A stretch of DNA of 18,150 nucleotides, taken from Campylobacterales bacterium (GTDB lineage: Bacteria > Campylobacterota > Campylobacteria > Campylobacterales > Sulfurimonadaceae). Location: NCBI GenBank assembly GCA_038205935.1, contig JBBRBK010000038.1:1-18150 (forward strand). Reading direction: 5' to 3'. Numbering within the stretch: position 1 is the first letter of the stretch; every line of letters starts with the position of its first letter. Below the pieces are notes generated by a model. The model did not search any database, was not told where the DNA came from, and was given only the letters and a program-made list of their open reading frames with translations. Position numbers and translations under genes: made by a program. Shown here one piece after another: positions 1 to 10,489 of the stretch.

Positions 1-302
1 CAAAATCTGGTAATACTTCAAATACTGAGGGACACTATTTAGGTCAACTCATCGCACAGAGAATTCTAGATGGTAAAGATATAGCTTGGAAGTCCCCACT
101 TACAATCTGTTATTCATCAGTCACTACAAAACCAGATCGTGCAATTTCAATTCGAGCTGAATATAGATTTGAAGGGAAAACACTTGCAGGATTTACCAAT
201 GTTGAACTCTCTGAAAAATGGGAAGGTGATGAAGGTGTAAGTAACGGTAAAGCTCTTATAGTGTGGGCGACAGGTCTATACAAAGATATGTTCAATGCAT
301 AA
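1..302 (+). CDS. 3' part of a flavocytochrome c sulfide dehydrogenase flavoprotein subunit (FccB/SoxF-like), truncated by the window edge
   Basis: Absent from the ORF track. The frame from base 3 is open to TAA at 300-302: KSGNTSNTEGHYLGQLIAQRILDGKDIAWKSPLTICYSSVTTKPDRAISIRAEYRF...ALIVWATGLYKDMFNA. It contains the (P)KSG motif, the CYS motif and the terminal W...DMF pattern of the FccB/SoxF C-terminus. Confidence 0.75.
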   Translation, partial: KSGNTSNTEGHYLGQLIAQRILDGKDIAWKSPLTICYSSVTTKPDRAISIRAEYRFEGKTLAGFTNVELSEKWEGDEGVSNGKALIVWATGLYKDMFNA

Positions 303-546
303 TTTCTTTTTCTAACTAATAAGAATCCCATAAAATCTCTTAAAAAAGATGCGTGGGGCGCTTATTGTAAGTTTTAATCTCCCCTTTTTCCCCTACGAGA
401 TACTCGTAATTAAACTATTCTTGTTTAGATGCAATGTTTACCTCCCTTATAGCTACATTAAAAATAAATTATAGTAAATACACAATGACGTATTTAAATA
501 CTCTTTGATATATATTTGAAAAATAACTCAATTACAAGGAGTTCCT

Positions 547-1980
547 ATGTCTACCGAGAAAGTTGACAAAATTGTTTCCCAAGAGTATAAGCTCGGATTT
601 ACTGTCGATATTGAAGCTGATACACTGCCTCCGGGATTAAATGATAATGTTATTGCCGTGATTTCTGCAAAAAAGAATGAACCGCAATGGATGTATGATT
701 TAAGAATCAAAGCTTTACATAAATGGGAAAAGATGAAAGAGCCTCATTGGGCGCATGTACATTATCCTCCTATTGATTATCAGGGAATTTCCTATTTTTC
801 TGCTCCAAAGAAAGCACCTAATTCCCTCGATGAAGTGGATGAAAGTATTTTAGATGCCTATGCAAAACTGGGTATTCCGCTTGAAGAGCAAAAGATGCTT
901 CAGGGAATTGCCATAGATGCTGTTTTTGATTCTGTTTCTGTAAAAACTACATACTCTGAGACACTTAAAGAAAAAGGAATCATTTTTTGCTCCATATCAG
1001 ATGCAATTCGGGATTATCCAGAACTTATTGATGAGTATCTCTTCTCTGTTGTTCCTATGACTGACAACTATTTTGCAGCACTCAATGCTGCTGTATTTAC
1101 AGATGGAACTTTTGTGTATATACCAAAAGGTGTGAGATGCCCTATGGAGCTTTCTACTTATTTTCGTATCAATGCCAAAAATACAGGACAGTTTGAGCGA
1201 ACGCTTATCATTGCTGATGAGGGAAGTTATGTTTCTTACAATGAAGGATGTTCCGCACCCCAGCGTGATGAAAATCAGCTTCATGCTGCTGTTGTAGAAC
1301 TCATCATAAAAAAAGATGCCGAGATTAAATATTCTACAATTCAAAACTGGTATCCCGGCGATGAAAACGGGAAGGGCGGTATTTACAATTTTGTAACCAA
1401 AAGAGCGCTTTGCGATGGAGAAAATTCAAAAGTCTCATGGACGCAAGTGGAGACGGGTTCAGCTATAACATGGAAATATCCAAGCTGTATCTTAAAAGGT
1501 GATAATTCTGTCGGAGAATTTTATTCTGTAGCCATCACATCGAAGAGTCAGCAAGCAGATACGGGTACAAAGATGATTCATATCGGTAAAAATACTCGTT
1601 CAACCATAGTCTCAAAAGGCATCTCTGCTATGAGGGGTGAAAACAGTTATCGAGGATTGGTCAAAATTTTACCAAAAGCGGAGAAAGCGCGTAATTTCAG
1701 TCAATGTGACTCGCTCTTAATCGGTCCAAATTGTGGAGCACACACTTTTCCCTATTTGGAATCTCGAAATCCTTCAGCACAAATAGAACATGAAGCAACA
1801 ACTTCAAAGATCAGTGATGAACAACTCTTTTATCTGCGCCAGCGTGGTATTAGTGAAGAAAATGCTGTGTCTATGATTGTTCATGGATTTTGTAAAGAGG
1901 TATTTGCACAACTCCCAATGGAGTTTGCAGTTGAAGCAAAAGAACTTTTAAATTTAACTCTCGAAGGAAGTGTAGGATGA
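547..1980 (+). CDS. sufB: Fe-S cluster assembly scaffold SufB
   Basis: 477 aa with SufB motifs [48 protein letters not shown] and [17 protein letters not shown] lies upstream. Confidence 0.97.
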   Translation: MSTEKVDKIVSQEYKLGFTVDIEADTLPPGLNDNVIAVISAKKNEPQWMYDLRIKALHKWEKMKEPHWAHVHYPPIDYQGISYFSAPKKAPNSLDEVDESILDAYAKLGIPLEEQKMLQGIAIDAVFDSVSVKTTYSETLKEKGIIFCSISDAIRDYPELIDEYLFSVVPMTDNYFAALNAAVFTDGTFVYIPKGVRCPMELSTYFRINAKNTGQFERTLIIADEGSYVSYNEGCSAPQRDENQLHAAVVELIIKKDAEIKYSTIQNWYPGDENGKGGIYNFVTKRALCDGENSKVSWTQVETGSAITWKYPSCILKGDNSVGEFYSVAITSKSQQADTGTKMIHIGKNTRSTIVSKGISAMRGENSYRGLVKILPKAEKARNFSQCDSLLIGPNCGAHTFPYLESRNPSAQIEHEATTSKISDEQLFYLRQRGISEENAVSMIVHGFCKEVFAQLPMEFAVEAKELLNLTLEGSVG

Positions 1981-2723
1981 TGCAGATTAAAAACATACAT
2001 GCAAAGATTGGCGATAACGATATTTTAAAAGGGGTAAATCTTACTCTTGAAGCCGGGAAAGTCCATGTCATTATGGGACCAAACGGCGCAGGAAAATCTA
2101 CTCTTACTAAAGCAATAGTCGGTCATTATGATATCAACGTAACGGCGGGAGAAATCATTTACAAAGGTAAAGATATTTTACAATTACCGCCTGAAGAGAG
2201 AGCGTTAGAGGGTATTTTTCTCAGTTTTCAAAATCCCGTTGAAGTGCCTGGTGTCAATAATGCATATTTTTTGCGCACAGCACTCAACGCCAAAGAAAAA
2301 TATCACGACCAAAAGGAAACAAATGCCGCTGAATTTTTAAAGCTCATGAGAGCACATGCAGAGCAACTAGGGATGAATACGGATATGATCGCACGCGGTC
2401 TTAATGATGGTTTTTCTGGCGGTGAGAAAAAACGCAATGAGATTTTACAAATGGAGATATTGCAACCCGATGTTATTATACTCGATGAGATTGATTCAGG
2501 ACTCGACATTGATGCGCTAAGGGCAGTTTCAGAGGGCATAAATAGGATGAAAGATGGCAAAAGAACATTTTTAATCATCACACATTATAGACGGATTTTA
2601 GATTATATTCATCCTGATTATATTCATGTCTTGCAAGATGGGCAAATAATCAAAACAGGTGGACCTGAGCTTGTAGATGTTCTAGAATCTCAAGGATATC
2701 AGGCAGTGCAAAAGGATACATAA
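1977..2723 (+). CDS. sufC: Fe-S cluster assembly ATPase SufC
   Basis: Walker A GPNGAGKS, signature [10 protein letters not shown], Walker [20 protein letters not shown] overlap with sufB. Confidence 0.97.
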   Translation: MMQIKNIHAKIGDNDILKGVNLTLEAGKVHVIMGPNGAGKSTLTKAIVGHYDINVTAGEIIYKGKDILQLPPEERALEGIFLSFQNPVEVPGVNNAYFLRTALNAKEKYHDQKETNAAEFLKLMRAHAEQLGMNTDMIARGLNDGFSGGEKKRNEILQMEILQPDVIILDEIDSGLDIDALRAVSEGINRMKDGKRTFLIITHYRRILDYIHPDYIHVLQDGQIIKTGGPELVDVLESQGYQAVQKDT

Positions 2724-3862
2724 TGAAACCTTTAACTTTAGAAATGGCACATGTCGAGCATCCTTTATATGAAAGAATAAAGGCGCTTGGGATTCCTGGA
2801 AACAAAACGGAACATTATCGTAATTTTGCCATTAAACTGATACTTTCACAAGAATATAATGTCAAAATACCCAGTATTAGCACACCGATTCAAGGTACTA
2901 AACTTATTATTGAAAATGGTATTGTCAAAGAATATCCTAGTGGTGTTATATTGAGTTTTATTGATGATTTTCAAGCAGATGGTACGCATTATGATGCTTT
3001 GTACTTTATGTCTCATATTCTTTGTAAAAATGTTATAAATATGCAAACTGAAAACGATATAACTTTTGAGATAGAGCATCATTTTACAGATAAAAATACA
3101 CTGTTACCTTATCGTATTGCAATACAAACAAAAGAAAATACACAAGTAAAAGTTTTTGAGAGTTTTCAAACAAAAGGAAGTCAAGAGAGTTTATTGCTTT
3201 ATGGCATCGATGCCTATGTTGCCAAAGATAGCACCCTGAGTTGGATTCGCAACCAAAACAGATACTTAGATGAAGCAACTATAATCGGTTCACACCGCTA
3301 TCACGCGGCAGAACAAAGTTCACTGAATCTTCATACTTTTGACTTTGGAAGTGGGAATGCTTTACATCTTTTTAAAATAGATTTGGATGAGTATGCTGCA
3401 ACGAATGCATCTCATTTGCTTTTGGCAACAAAAGAGGCGAGGAGCGGGAATGTTGTTTATATAAATCATAATCAGCCACATTCTAAAAGTGTTCAGGAAT
3501 CTCGCACAATCTTAAAAGATGGAGCAACCGGTATTTTTGATGGTAAGATTCTTGTTGGTCATGACGCAAAATATTCAAAGGCAAAACAAAATTCTAAAGC
3601 AATACTACTGAGCCAACGTGCTCACATGTATACAAAACCTCAGTTGGAAATTTATACAGATGAGCTTGAAGCCTCTCATGGATCCACCATTGGCGAACTG
3701 GATGAAAAATCACTTTTTTACATGCGTTCACGTGGGATTGAGATTCAAGAAGCGAGAAAAATGTTAGTATTAGCATTTGCGGGCATTTTAATTGATGCTC
3801 TTAAAAATGCCAAATATGAAGAAAAGATCCGTATGGATTTTGAATTAGCGATGGAGGATTGA
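2723..3862 (+). CDS. sufD: SufD family Fe-S assembly protein
   Basis: C-terminal KPQLEIYTDELEASHGSTIGELDEKSLFYMRSRGI is typical of SufD. TAATG overlap with sufC. Confidence 0.92.
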   Translation: MKPLTLEMAHVEHPLYERIKALGIPGNKTEHYRNFAIKLILSQEYNVKIPSISTPIQGTKLIIENGIVKEYPSGVILSFIDDFQADGTHYDALYFMSHILCKNVINMQTENDITFEIEHHFTDKNTLLPYRIAIQTKENTQVKVFESFQTKGSQESLLLYGIDAYVAKDSTLSWIRNQNRYLDEATIIGSHRYHAAEQSSLNLHTFDFGSGNALHLFKIDLDEYAATNASHLLLATKEARSGNVVYINHNQPHSKSVQESRTILKDGATGIFDGKILVGHDAKYSKAKQNSKAILLSQRAHMYTKPQLEIYTDELEASHGSTIGELDEKSLFYMRSRGIEIQEARKMLVLAFAGILIDALKNAKYEEKIRMDFELAMED

Positions 3863-4293
3863 TGATGACTATGCAAGAACAAGTTGAACTGTTTAAAAAT
3901 GATTTGAATCTTTTTTTGGATAAAGATTCTAAGATGGAATATATTCTTGATTATGGCAAAGAAGCTGATGCTCTCGAGAGCAAATATAAGATTGATGACA
4001 ACATCATCAAAGGCTGTTCTTCCCTTGCTTGGGTTCATAAAGCATATAAAGATTCTAAAGTACTTTTAGAAGCTGAGGGAGACTCTATCATAGCCAAGGG
4101 GATGTTAGTGATGTTGCTCAAGATTTTCAACAACCGTACTCCTGATGAGATTCTTTCTTTTGATCCAAAGAGATTATTAGATATGGGCGTTATGGAGTTG
4201 CTCAGTCCTGTGAGACAGCAAGGTTTAGAAGCTTTTTTAAATGTTATCTATACGTATGCAAAGCAATGCAAGGATGAAGAAAATGAAATTTGA
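3859..4293 (+). CDS. sufE: SufE family sulfur acceptor
   Basis: IKGCSSLAWV carries the acceptor Cys. Also GDSIIAKG and LSPVRQQGL. Several in-frame start codons make the exact start uncertain. Confidence 0.9.
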   Translation: MMMTMQEQVELFKNDLNLFLDKDSKMEYILDYGKEADALESKYKIDDNIIKGCSSLAWVHKAYKDSKVLLEAEGDSIIAKGMLVMLLKIFNNRTPDEILSFDPKRLLDMGVMELLSPVRQQGLEAFLNVIYTYAKQCKDEENEI

Positions 4294-4609
4294 GGCATTA
4301 AAGGAAAAAATCATAGAAAAAATAAAAGATATCTATGATCCGGAAATTCCTATGAATTTATATGATTTGGGGCTTATCTATGCCATTGACTGTGCAAGAT
4401 CAACTGGTGGAACAACATGTGTAGTGACTATGACACTTACTTCGGCAGGATGTCCCGTAAGTGAACTCCTTGTCAATCAAGTTCGAAGTGTAGGCTCTCT
4501 TATTGAAGATGAGCCAAACCTTGAGATTCAAGTAAATCTAGTGTTTGACCCACCTTGGTCAAGAGACAAAATGAGCGATGAGGCTAAGTTGTCGATGGGA
4601 ATGTTGTAG
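4283..4609 (+). CDS. sufT: SufT/DUF59 metal-sulfur cluster assembly factor
   Basis: DPEIPMNLYDLGLIY, MTLTSAGCP and VFDPPW motifs. Start moved from 4241 to the ATG at 4283, which follows AAGGA at 4270-4274. Confidence 0.88.
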   Translation: MKFEALKEKIIEKIKDIYDPEIPMNLYDLGLIYAIDCARSTGGTTCVVTMTLTSAGCPVSELLVNQVRSVGSLIEDEPNLEIQVNLVFDPPWSRDKMSDEAKLSMGML

Positions 4610-4666
4610 CTAAATGAGCGAACACAACTTTTTTTCTATAAACGATAAAGAGTTGCTAATCTTCTC

Positions 4667-5083
4667 TCATCGCCCAATTGTCGTATCCTTCGTTTTCAGA
4701 CAGGTATTGTTAAAGTTATCAAACTTTTCGCATGTGGTTTGCACAAATGTCTTATGAGACGGGTAGAAGGTACATTTTGACTGGTAATAGCAAGTGCTTT
4801 TGAACTTATCCCAGTGCTGACATTCTTCAACGCATTTGAGGTTTTTAAACACATAAGTGGTTTTCTTAAACAGACACTTTTGATTAAAATCATCCCAATA
4901 CTGGCAGTCGTTGAGCGTCAATGGGGTATCTGTTGTGGTATCTATTGACGATTGGCCACATGTGACGGTAAGGTTACCTTGACGGTATGTTTCTCCCGGA
5001 ACAAGTTGTATCTCTTTTGCTCCGACATTGCTTACCAAAAATATCACCCATGCAAATAAAACTATCAGCGTATATCTATTCAT
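4667..5083 (-). CDS. Hypothetical secreted cysteine-rich repeat protein
   Basis: N-terminal signal-peptide-like segment ending VGA, 9 Cys, and three C-x2-(W/F)-D-x-F-x3-C repeats. AAGGA SD lies upstream. Confidence 0.75.
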   Translation of the reverse strand: MNRYTLIVLFAWVIFLVSNVGAKEIQLVPGETYRQGNLTVTCGQSSIDTTTDTPLTLNDCQYWDDFNQKCLFKKTTYVFKNLKCVEECQHWDKFKSTCYYQSKCTFYPSHKTFVQTTCEKFDNFNNTCLKTKDTTIGR

Positions 5084-5259
5084 GATTGAAGTCCTTGTTT
5101 TTTTGTTTTGCCTGTAATTGTACTATAAGAACAGTCACAGCAACTTTAAAGGCAACACCGTGCTTTTTGAAGATCCCATTCAAAATTATAATTCATACTA
5201 TGATTATATCGATGGGAATGCTATAAGTAAAATAACTTTCTCTTTTATAAAATCTAAAA

Positions 5260-6576
5260 TCAACAAGTTGCTTTATCCGTATATTCTTTGAGTGAGGCTA
5301 AAAGATAATCGATACTGTCGATATTTTGCGAATAATGAACACTTATGCGAAGCCAGCCTGGACGAGATTGCAAATCACTGTTGTCATTCATACCCAAAAG
5401 ATCATGGCCATAAGGACCAGCACATGAGCAACCTGCACGTGTTTGCAAAGCATACTTCGTAGAGAGATTCTCACAAATTTCATAGGGGTCAAACCCTTGT
5501 ATATTTAAGGAAATATTACCTATATTTTGAACATTGAGATTACCGTAAACTTTACAATTGTCAATCTTGCTAAGTCCCTCAAGTAGATGACGCAACAGAG
5601 TTTTCTTTCTCTTTTTTATCCATAAAAGTCCAACCTCATTGCGTAACTGATAAGCAAGCGCCGCGCGGACAAGCTGCAATACCCCCGGTGTTCCCGCATC
5701 TTCGCGTATCTCTTTCTCGTCTATAAAGTTATGGTTACCTCTATCAACATATTCTACCGTTCCCCCGCCTGCAAAAGTAGGTGCTAGAGTATTGTCTATA
5801 AGCTCTTTTTTAATGACTAGTATGCCGCATGAGCCTGGACCTCCGAGAAGTTTATGAGGCGAAAGAAACATCGCATCATACAGTGAGCAGGGAACGTTCA
5901 TATATGCTGATGAAGCCGCGGCATCAAAACAGACAGTTGCATTATATTTACGAAGCAACTTGGATATTTTTTCATAAGGAGTTATGATCCCAGTGACATT
6001 GGATGCTATACAAAAAGTACCGATGATTTGAGTATGCTTAGAGTTACGAAGAATCGATTCAAGATGTTTGAGATCGATGGTTCCTTTATCGTTGATTCTT
6101 ACGCGAACGCAGTCACAGAGGGCTTCTCTATAACTAATCTCGTTTGAATGATGTTCATAAGGTCCTGTGATGACAAGAGGACGAGAGATGCTTTCTTCTA
6201 GTAAGCTAAAACGCTTGCGCGTAGCTGGAGGGATGTAAATCCCTAGAATCTCTTGCAAACGCTTTATCGCAGATGTAGCTCCGTATCCACAAGGTAAAAT
6301 AGCAAACTCGTCATTGATTTCAAGAGAATTTTTAAGCTGTGCGCGTGCCTCATTATAGTAAAAATCGGTCTGTGCTGCCATCGTAGCTTCTTTGGAATGG
6401 GTATTTGCATAAGTGAGCAACACCTCATGTATCCTTGATTCTATTGTGCTAAATCCGAGTCCTGAAGCCGTATAATCAAAGTAATACTTTTTATGCAGAC
6501 CTATAGTGTTATCTACGATCTCATCTATTACTTTCGTTTTTTTTTCAAGAATAGGGCGAAAAATATCTTTATTCAT
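5260..6576 (-). CDS. Aminotransferase class V PLP enzyme, cysteine desulfurase-like
   Basis: YFDYTASG, EHHSN, ASNVTG, SPHK (PLP lysine), AGTP and RAGCSCA (putative catalytic Cys loop). ATGA overlap with the sulfite reductase stop. Confidence 0.88.
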   Translation of the reverse strand: MNKDIFRPILEKKTKVIDEIVDNTIGLHKKYYFDYTASGLGFSTIESRIHEVLLTYANTHSKEATMAAQTDFYYNEARAQLKNSLEINDEFAILPCGYGATSAIKRLQEILGIYIPPATRKRFSLLEESISRPLVITGPYEHHSNEISYREALCDCVRVRINDKGTIDLKHLESILRNSKHTQIIGTFCIASNVTGIITPYEKISKLLRKYNATVCFDAAASSAYMNVPCSLYDAMFLSPHKLLGGPGSCGILVIKKELIDNTLAPTFAGGGTVEYVDRGNHNFIDEKEIREDAGTPGVLQLVRAALAYQLRNEVGLLWIKKRKKTLLRHLLEGLSKIDNCKVYGNLNVQNIGNISLNIQGFDPYEICENLSTKYALQTRAGCSCAGPYGHDLLGMNDNSDLQSRPGWLRISVHYSQNIDSIDYLLASLKEYTDKATC

Positions 6577-8153
6577 TCTGTGTTTATTTTATCGTTTTTT
6601 TCTACAAAATCATAAAATGAGCAATAGTCACTCTCTTTATATTCGCTTATAAGATTTTCTATAATCTCCAAAGTCTCTTCAGATGCAAATTTTATACCCG
6701 TACTTTTGGCAAAAGCACTTTTATCTCCTTGAAGATAGCCTCCGAGTATCAGCTCAAAACCAGAAACTGTTACATCATCTTTTTTTACTTTACATCCTAC
6801 TAGTCCGATATCCACGATATGCGAATGAGCACATGAGTTTGGACAACCATTGAGACTAAAAGAGATACTTTCTTCAAAATCAGGAAACTTTTTTTCAAGA
6901 TGTTTTATGAGCAAGTCTGTAAGATCTTTAGTCTCAGATACGGCGAACTTACAAAATTTCATTCCTGTACATGAGAGCGTTCTAGCTTTAAAGGGCGAGG
7001 GGTTGACCTCTATATCTATCTTTTTTAGTGCGCTGGCAATGGCTATAACATTTTGCGTCGGTGCGTCGATAATGACAAAATTCTGCGTCGTGGTCGTCTT
7101 GATCTTCGTCGCACCGTATTCTTCGAGTATCTTATAGAGATTTTCCAGACCTTTTGAGCCTATACTCCCACCATTTACAGCACAGCCAATATAGCTTTTA
7201 TCTGTTTCTAGACTTTTATGTATTCCAAAATGTTCTCTAAATCTGTAATGTGTATATTCTTGAGAAAGTCTTGGCAAAAGAGTGAAATCTAGCTTTACAT
7301 GTAAGGCTTCAAGAAATTTTTCTACACCAAACTCTTCTACAATATGCCCAACTCTCGCTTTATTACGATTGTCTCTGTTTCCGCTTTCATTGTAAATTTC
7401 ACTGACCGCTTTTGCTACAGGTAAAATCTGTTCTTTGGTAACATAGCCGATATGTGTCGCTATTCGTTTATTTGACGCAAGCCCTCCGCCTACATGTACG
7501 TCAAAAAGTATTTCATCGTTTTTGTTCTTAGTTGCACTAAAGCTCAGATCTTGAATCTCATGTGAAATACAGTGTTTATGACATCCGCATAAACCGACTT
7601 TATATTTTCTAGGAAGGTTTGAAAGCTCTCTGTTTCCATCAAAATAAGCGTCTATCTCTTTTGCAATCTCTCTTACATCAGCAATTTGTTGATGATCAAT
7701 GCCATTTACCGGGCAAGTAACTAGATTTCTAGGCACATCACCCGCGGCAAAAACGGAGCTGAGTCCAACAGAAGTTAAGAGTGCAAAAATGGCAGGAAGA
7801 TCGACAACCCTGATAAAATGCAACTGCACGTTTTGTCTTGTTGTAAAGTCTGCGCTTCCTCTTGCGTACTTGGCTGATATCTCAGAGAGTACTTTTAACT
7901 GCTCTAAATTAAGCTGTGCATTTGGCACCTTGATTCTTAACATAAAATACAAAGTTGCATCATCTTTTGCTTGAAGATTTCTATTTTGCGTGTAAAGTCC
8001 ATACCACTTAAATCTGTCAATATCTTCAGGATCTACGGCTTCGCCGGTTTGTGCATAACGGTGTATATCTTTTAAAACGTCAAGTCCGTCTTTTTCTTTT
8101 TTGATTCTTTCGACTCTTTGCGCTTTTGTTTCTTTTTTCATCTTTTTTTCCAT
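6573..8153 (-). CDS. Ferredoxin-type nitrite/sulfite reductase hemoprotein, probably assimilatory sulfite reductase
   Basis: KWYGLY, FMLRIK, TTRQNVQLH, LPRKYK and the siroheme/[4Fe-4S] ligands CTGMKFC...GCPNSC. It lies directly downstream of cysDN. Confidence 0.9.
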   Translation of the reverse strand: MEKKMKKETKAQRVERIKKEKDGLDVLKDIHRYAQTGEAVDPEDIDRFKWYGLYTQNRNLQAKDDATLYFMLRIKVPNAQLNLEQLKVLSEISAKYARGSADFTTRQNVQLHFIRVVDLPAIFALLTSVGLSSVFAAGDVPRNLVTCPVNGIDHQQIADVREIAKEIDAYFDGNRELSNLPRKYKVGLCGCHKHCISHEIQDLSFSATKNKNDEILFDVHVGGGLASNKRIATHIGYVTKEQILPVAKAVSEIYNESGNRDNRNKARVGHIVEEFGVEKFLEALHVKLDFTLLPRLSQEYTHYRFREHFGIHKSLETDKSYIGCAVNGGSIGSKGLENLYKILEEYGATKIKTTTTQNFVIIDAPTQNVIAIASALKKIDIEVNPSPFKARTLSCTGMKFCKFAVSETKDLTDLLIKHLEKKFPDFEESISFSLNGCPNSCAHSHIVDIGLVGCKVKKDDVTVSGFELILGGYLQGDKSAFAKSTGIKFASEETLEIIENLISEYKESDYCSFYDFVEKNDKINTE

Positions 8154-8159
8154 AACTGT

Positions 8160-9566
8160 TTATTTATTATTATTCCACTCGGGATAATATTTTTCTATCA
8201 ATGCCATGAGCTCAAGCTCAAAAGCGGTGTGTTTTGGTATGCGCGTGCTTGGAACATCATCAGATTTTTTGACTATCATCCCCGCACCGACAGTATTATT
8301 TGTAAGTCTGTCTATAATGATAAAGCTTCCCATCGCCTTGTTGAGATTGTATGGATCATAAGCGATTTTATTTTCTAAATCCAACTTAGCATAAGCGATT
8401 TCGTTTAAATGAAGAGAATTTATCTCCTGTTTTTGGAGTGTATTGACATCTGTTTTATAGTAAAAATTATCAATACTTCCGACATTGAGAGAAGACCCTC
8501 TTTTTATAAAATAGCGTTTTCCCTGAGTAAGAGGCGTTTCATCCATCCATACAAGATTGACATCGAAACTATCGCCACTTTGTGGGATATCATCATTTTT
8601 GACAATGATGTCACCACGACTGATATCTATCTCATCCTCAAGCGTAAGTGTTACGGCTTGCTGAGCATAAGCGTAGGAGAGTTCGCCATCATAAGTTACT
8701 ATCGCTTTGACTCTTGAGCTCTTGCCTGAGGGTAAAACGGTGATAGCATCTCCAATTTTTACCACTCCTGAAGCGATCGTGCCACAAAAACCTCTAAAAT
8801 CAAGGTTCGCTCTATTGACATACTGTACGGGAAATCTGAAATGTTGCAGATCTCTGTCATTTTGTATCTCTATATTTTCAAGTAAGAAAAGAAGAGTTTC
8901 TCCATCATACCAAGGTGTTTTTTCACTTTTTTTGACAACATTGTCTCCGCTCAAAGCACTCAGAGGAAGAAGTCTAATTTGTGAATCTAAACCAAGTTCT
9001 TGTGCAAAATTAAGATACTCTTGTACGATTTTGTCATAGATTTCTTCGCTAAAGGCAACAAGATCCATCTTGTTTATAGCCACAATAATATGTTTGATAC
9101 CAAGAAGTTTGGCGATAAATGAGTGTCTTTTTGTTTGTGTTTGGACACCATATCTTGCGTCTATCAAGATGATCGCTAAATCCGCCGTACTTGCACCCGT
9201 TGCCATATTTCTTGTGTACTGTTCGTGACCGGGAGTATCGGCGATAATAAACTTTCTTTTGTCTGTCGTAAAATATCTGTACGCGACATCAATAGTGATC
9301 CCTTGCTCTCGTTCACTTTGCAAACCATCCACTAATAATGAAAGATCAAATTCATTTTCAGTCGCAGCACTTTTTTTACTCTCTTTTTTTATAGCTGCAA
9401 GCTGATCTTCAAAAATCATTTTTGAGTCATATAAAAGCCTCCCAATGAGAGTGCTTTTACCATCATCTACACTTCCACATGTGATAAAGCGTAATAATTG
9501 CTTGTTTTCATGTTCTTTTAAATAGCTCTGTATATCAGTCGCGATTTTTGTTTCTAATGTTGTCAT
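8160..9566 (-). CDS. cysN: Sulfate adenylyltransferase subunit 1 (GTPase), no APS kinase domain
   Basis: CGSVDDGKSTLIGRLL, EREQGITIDVAYRYF, DTPGHEQYTRNM and NKMD. The protein ends shortly after TVGAGMI. Confidence 0.96.
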   Translation of the reverse strand: MTTLETKIATDIQSYLKEHENKQLLRFITCGSVDDGKSTLIGRLLYDSKMIFEDQLAAIKKESKKSAATENEFDLSLLVDGLQSEREQGITIDVAYRYFTTDKRKFIIADTPGHEQYTRNMATGASTADLAIILIDARYGVQTQTKRHSFIAKLLGIKHIIVAINKMDLVAFSEEIYDKIVQEYLNFAQELGLDSQIRLLPLSALSGDNVVKKSEKTPWYDGETLLFLLENIEIQNDRDLQHFRFPVQYVNRANLDFRGFCGTIASGVVKIGDAITVLPSGKSSRVKAIVTYDGELSYAYAQQAVTLTLEDEIDISRGDIIVKNDDIPQSGDSFDVNLVWMDETPLTQGKRYFIKRGSSLNVGSIDNFYYKTDVNTLQKQEINSLHLNEIAYAKLDLENKIAYDPYNLNKAMGSFIIIDRLTNNTVGAGMIVKKSDDVPSTRIPKHTAFELELMALIEKYYPEWNNNK

Positions 9567-9567
9567 T

Positions 9568-10479
9568 TTAAAAATATCCTTCTATTTTTTTCTTCTCCAT
9601 CGATCCTGAAGAATCGTTATCTATCATGCGTCCCTGTCTTTCACTTGTCTTTGTGAGCAACATCTCTTGGATGATCTCTGGAAGTGTTTGAGCCAATGAC
9701 TCTACCGCACCTGTGAGCGGATAACAGCCTAAAGTCCGAAATCTCACCATCTCCTCTTTCACTTCTTCGCCTTCATATATGGGCATTCTCTCATCATCCA
9801 CCATGATTTTCACGCCATCTCTCTCGATAATAGGACGTTTACCGGCAAAATAAAGTGGAACGATAGGGATTCCTTCTAAATAAATATACTGCCAGATATC
9901 AAGTTCCGTCCAGTTTGAAAGAGGAAAAACTCTGATCGATTCACCTTTGTGGACTCTTGCATTATAAGTGTTCCAAAGTTCCGGTCTTTGGTTTTTTGGA
10001 TCCCATCTATGGTTTTTATCTCTAAAAGAATAGATACGTTCTTTTGCGCGACTTTTCTCTTCATCACGTCTAGCTCCGCCAAAAACTGCGTCAAATCCAT
10101 ATTTGTTCAGTGCTTGTTTGAGTCCTTGTGTTTTCATGATGTCGGTATGAATCGCCGAACCATGGACAAAAGGATTGATATCCTGTTCTATTCCATCAGG
10201 ATTGGTATGTACCAAAAGTTCAAACCCTTCTTCTTTGGCTCTTTGGTCACGAAACTCAATCATCTCTTTAAACTTCCATCTTGTGTCTACATGTAAGAGA
10301 GGAAATGGAAGCTTTGCTGGAAAAAATGCTTTTAAGGCAAGATGTAGCATCACTGCGGAATCTTTGCCCACCGAGTACATCATCACAGGGTTTTCAAACT
10401 CTGCAACCACCTCTCTTAGGATGTGTATTGATTCTGCTTCAAGCTGTTTTAAATGTGTTAATTGTTTTGTATCTATCAT
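9568..10479 (-). CDS. cysD: Sulfate adenylyltransferase subunit 2
   Basis: [40 protein letters not shown] and KKIEGYF. Start corrected to the ATG at 10479 (MIDTKQL), behind an AAAGG SD. Confidence 0.96.
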   Translation of the reverse strand: MIDTKQLTHLKQLEAESIHILREVVAEFENPVMMYSVGKDSAVMLHLALKAFFPAKLPFPLLHVDTRWKFKEMIEFRDQRAKEEGFELLVHTNPDGIEQDINPFVHGSAIHTDIMKTQGLKQALNKYGFDAVFGGARRDEEKSRAKERIYSFRDKNHRWDPKNQRPELWNTYNARVHKGESIRVFPLSNWTELDIWQYIYLEGIPIVPLYFAGKRPIIERDGVKIMVDDERMPIYEGEEVKEEMVRFRTLGCYPLTGAVESLAQTLPEIIQEMLLTKTSERQGRMIDNDSSGSMEKKKIEGYF

Positions 10480-10489
10480 TTTTTTACCT

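Noticed and set aside
352..408. CGTGGGG/CCCTACG pairing and a TACGAG-ATA-CTCGTA hairpin after the fccB-like gene as a riboswitch
   Set aside because: The stems are short and match no aptamer I recognise. At most this is a weak terminator.
4610..5259. Cys-repeat gene as an integron cassette
   Set aside because: No attC-like RYYYAAC...GTTRRRY structure is visible downstream of the gene.
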